In this document: positions 61,609 through 64,000 of the stretch, piece after piece
Layout: the number at the start of each line of letters is the position of its first letter
Position numbering within the stretch: position 1 is the first letter of the stretch
Assembly (NCBI GenBank): GCA_964248365.1
Contig: CAXTYC010000028.1
Span: 8,470 to 72,469, forward strand
From: an uncultured Chroococcidiopsis sp.
GTDB lineage: Bacteria > Cyanobacteriota > Cyanobacteriia > Cyanobacteriales > Chroococcidiopsidaceae
Length of the DNA stretch: 64,000 nt
Reading direction: 5' to 3'
Notes under the pieces: generated by a model
Databases searched by the model: none
Seen by the model: the letters and a program-made list of their open reading frames with translations, nothing else
Told to the model about the DNA's origin: nothing
Made by a program: the position numbers and the translations under genes

Positions 61609-61736
61609 TTGTTCTCCTACTTCTATCAGTTATCAGTTATCAGTTAGCAGTTACCAACTACCAATTACCAACTACCAGTTACCAGGTTACTGATGTTAAA
61701 CATACTCTAATGCAACAGAATGAGGATTCAAGGTTT

Positions 61737-62201
61737 ATGGCAAGTAGAATCAGGCAGAGTGCATTTTTTTTTGTAACTCTATTAAGTTTAGTGTTTGCAG
61801 ACAGTGCCAAAGCAGATTTGAAAGGCAACCTGATTATAGAAGTAGATTCATTAAACAATCAAAAAGGAGAAGTCTGCTTCAAAATTTTTTCGGGTAGTCA
61901 AGGATTTCCCGATGGCAATGAAAGTGCTATTAAACGTCAGTGTGTGGGAGTAACGGGTAATTCGTTAGCGATTACGCTGAAGAATATTCCAGCAGGTAGC
62001 TACGCTGTTAGCGTTTTTCATGATACAAATGGCGATCGCAAACTCAACCGCAACTCTCTGGGTATGCCAACCGAAGGCTACGGATTTTCTAATAATCCAA
62101 TTGTTAGTCGTGGTGTGCCTAACTATGGACAATGTGTATTTCTAGTAGCAGGCTCCAACACCAGTATCAAAATTCATATGAAGTACTCTGTCGGAAACTA
62201 G
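61737..62201 (+). CDS. DUF2141-family exported protein
   Basis: Signal peptide, GSYAVSVFHDTNGDRKLN...GMPTEGYGFSNN; ATG 61737 preferred over the repeat-derived longer ORF. Confidence 0.88.
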   Translation: MASRIRQSAFFFVTLLSLVFADSAKADLKGNLIIEVDSLNNQKGEVCFKIFSGSQGFPDGNESAIKRQCVGVTGNSLAITLKNIPAGSYAVSVFHDTNGDRKLNRNSLGMPTEGYGFSNNPIVSRGVPNYGQCVFLVAGSNTSIKIHMKYSVGN

Positions 62202-62213
62202 AAATATGTAACT

Positions 62214-62621
62214 CTATTGTCTGAGCAGCTTGCCAGTCGGGGGGATAGTATTACTATTAACATCAATGCGCGAACCATCTCGATAGTAGTAACTCTTAGA
62301 ACCGTCACCGCGATCAATCGTGACACCAGGGAGATAATTTTCTCCTTGCGGCGTAGAGATAACACCATTTGTACCAATTCGCGATCCGTAGGGATAAGCG
62401 TTGCGATCGCCTACTACCTTGCCGTTTTGGGTAGGAGTAATCGGGTTGGTGTTCACCTGATTGATCGAATTGTTAGGAGTAATGAGTCGAATCGGAGCTA
62501 CCGAATTATTTCCTAGTGGCTGTTGTGCATCTGCCCCAAGTATGATTAAAGAACTAATTCCTAACGCTCCAACCCCTCCTATCAGGATTTTTTTGATTGG
62601 ATGCAAGATTGGTTTTGACAT
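62214..62621 (-). CDS. Hypothetical secreted protein
   Basis: Signal peptide ending ADA, followed by a Gly/Asn/Thr-rich domain. Confidence 0.65.
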   Translation of the reverse strand: MSKPILHPIKKILIGGVGALGISSLIILGADAQQPLGNNSVAPIRLITPNNSINQVNTNPITPTQNGKVVGDRNAYPYGSRIGTNGVISTPQGENYLPGVTIDRGDGSKSYYYRDGSRIDVNSNTIPPTGKLLRQ

Positions 62622-62972
62622 CACGATTAAACTGCACAGGAGGCAGCAACATTTTAGGCTCTATTTATACTCTAGCGAGTTTGAGTTGAACTACAATAGA
62701 CTTCTTACTCCAAGTCGGGAAAAGGGACTCGGGAAAAGGGAAAAGGTAAATAAAACAGGTTTAACTTTTAACCTAAAACTATTACCCATATCTTGCAAAA
62801 GTCACTTTTGCAAGAGGTCTAATCCTTTGTGCCTTTGAAGGTTGTTAGCTTACCCAATAGCTAATGTAGTAATAAGATTGCATTTTGTGGGATGGGCATC
62901 TTGCCCGTACCACAACAAGATGCCTATCCCATAATAGTTTCAAGAATTTAAGTGTGCTTGTTGGAATGTCTG

Positions 62973-63305
62973 TTAGCTTACGAATGTAGAAGCAGCCATC
63001 TGGTTTTGCAACTGGCTTTTAGCTGTTTTAAATTCAGTAGCCATTTGCTTTCGCTGCTCGTGGCTAAAGTTATCGCGGAGCTTGGGGAATATATCGTTCT
63101 CTTCTTGATTTATATGAGTTCGTAGCGCAGTCCTTAGCTGCTCAATTTTTGCTTTGAACTCGGATGAAGAAGGGCTAAGAGGTTTAATTTCGTCTAACAT
63201 CTGCATCACTTCGTCAGTCTGAACAACTATTTCCTGTGTGTGTTCGTAATACGGACGAATTGCGGGATATAAAACTTGTTCTTCGGCTGTACCATGAATC
63301 CCCAC
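62973..63305 (-). pseudogene. C-terminal fragment of a hemerythrin/HHE-domain protein
   Basis: HGTAEEQVLYP and HINQEENDIFP motifs; the N-terminal helices and a credible start are missing. Confidence 0.7.
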
Positions 63306-63318
63306 AGAAAATCTCTGC

Positions 63319-63762
63319 TTAATGACTTATTTCAGTACGTAGTGCCTTCAACCGATTTAACCAACCCTTGAGGAATTGCGATTGACTCCCAACTCCCCAG
63401 CGCCGATAACACCCCTCGCGTACAGCGCAATAGCGATCGCATAACCATGATTCTTTGTGGGTTGAAAGCGCATTCGCTATCGCCCGCCCCGTCACAGAAC
63501 CGATAATACCATCAGTCTTTACCCCAACTACCTGTTGCAGAGTCTTAATTGCGCGATCGCATCCAGCATTTACAGCCCAATCGAAATGGCATAGTGCTAA
63601 AAAGCTTGGGAGACCATTATCTGTATCGGCAGTTACATTAATAAAGTTCGCGGCTGCTACTCCTTTGTTACTCATATTAATTTCGCCACTTTGAAGCAAA
63701 AAAGCCAATTCTAAAAAAGCGCCCTCAAGGGTTTTTGATTGCAATTGTGGTAAAGCAGCCAT
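63319..63762 (-). pseudogene. Chimeric remnant: unknown N-terminus fused to the C-terminal half of a GH108-type lysozyme/endolysin
   Basis: FDWAVNAG...LQQVVGVKTDGIIGSVT...FLKGWLNRL is present, but the catalytic EGGY N-terminus is absent. Confidence 0.7.
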
Positions 63763-63998
63763 TATGTAAACTCCCTCACAGTAACGCTGATAGTTCCACC
63801 TTTAGCAATAGCCCAAACATCGCCTACCCAGTGAATATCTGAAACATAAGCTGACCCTGGAGGAACAACAAAAGCTGCGACAGTTGTACTCACAGTATTG
63901 GCTAAATCAACATATAGAGTATTTTTATTATCAGAGTTATAGATAGTAATACCAGTTCTCCAAAAGAAAACAACAGATGATAAAATGAGTATAAATAC
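63762..63998 (-). CDS. Partial beta-rich, possibly phage-derived protein running off the window
   Basis: Open frame ...RTGITIYNSDNKNTLYVDLANTVSTTVAAFVVPPGSAY...VTVREFT*; its TAA overlaps the next ATG (TAATG). Confidence 0.55.
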   Translation of the reverse strand, partial: VFILILSSVVFFWRTGITIYNSDNKNTLYVDLANTVSTTVAAFVVPPGSAYVSDIHWVGDVWAIAKGGTISVTVREFT

Positions 63999-64000
63999 TA

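Noticed and set aside
61302..61736. N-terminal extension of the 299-aa ORF
   Set aside because: It overlaps the Nei-like gene on the opposite strand and runs through heptamer repeats; the DUF2141 protein with its signal peptide starts near 61737.
1..64000. HIP1 (GCGATCGC) abundance as a novel signal
   Set aside because: This is a well-known genome-wide feature of many cyanobacteria; I used it only as a taxonomic clue.

Overview
Cyanobacterial chromosome segment, judged from the frequent HIP1 octamers (GCGATCGC), heptamer tandem repeats, petJ, opcA and a CAAD protein. Housekeeping genes: cobB/cbiA, the fbp-tal-zwf-opcA operon, an RRM protein, an intein-containing B12-dependent nrdJ, a TetR-HlyD-ABC exporter, uvsE, glgA, hemC, tenA and a Nei/Fpg glycosylase. 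Three accessory features stand out. (1) A tightly spaced four-gene operon at 35963-42894 encodes a vWA-TM protein, a 1092-aa tubulin/FtsZ-like GTPase, and a ZorA-like and ZorB-like ion-motor pair, with no recognisable Zorya nuclease/helicase effectors. It is the best candidate for an uncharacterised system. (2) A metal-homeostasis block at 22.5-32.9 kb holds a decayed TonB-dependent receptor and tonB, intact exbBD, petP-petR and petJ. The receptor and petJ promoters share a 21-bp box identical at 20 positions, suggesting copper-controlled outer-membrane uptake. (3) A single ORF fusing a C5-cytosine methyltransferase to an EcoRII/SsoII-like endonuclease lies between petR and petJ. Also seen: a palindromic element duplicated inside cobB, an amber-inactivated MazF-type toxin, a cysteine-free thioredoxin, an orphan TerY-like vWA gene and a phage-like relic at the right end. 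I saw no rRNA, tRNA or CRISPR array. All family calls come from reading motifs by eye, not from database searches.
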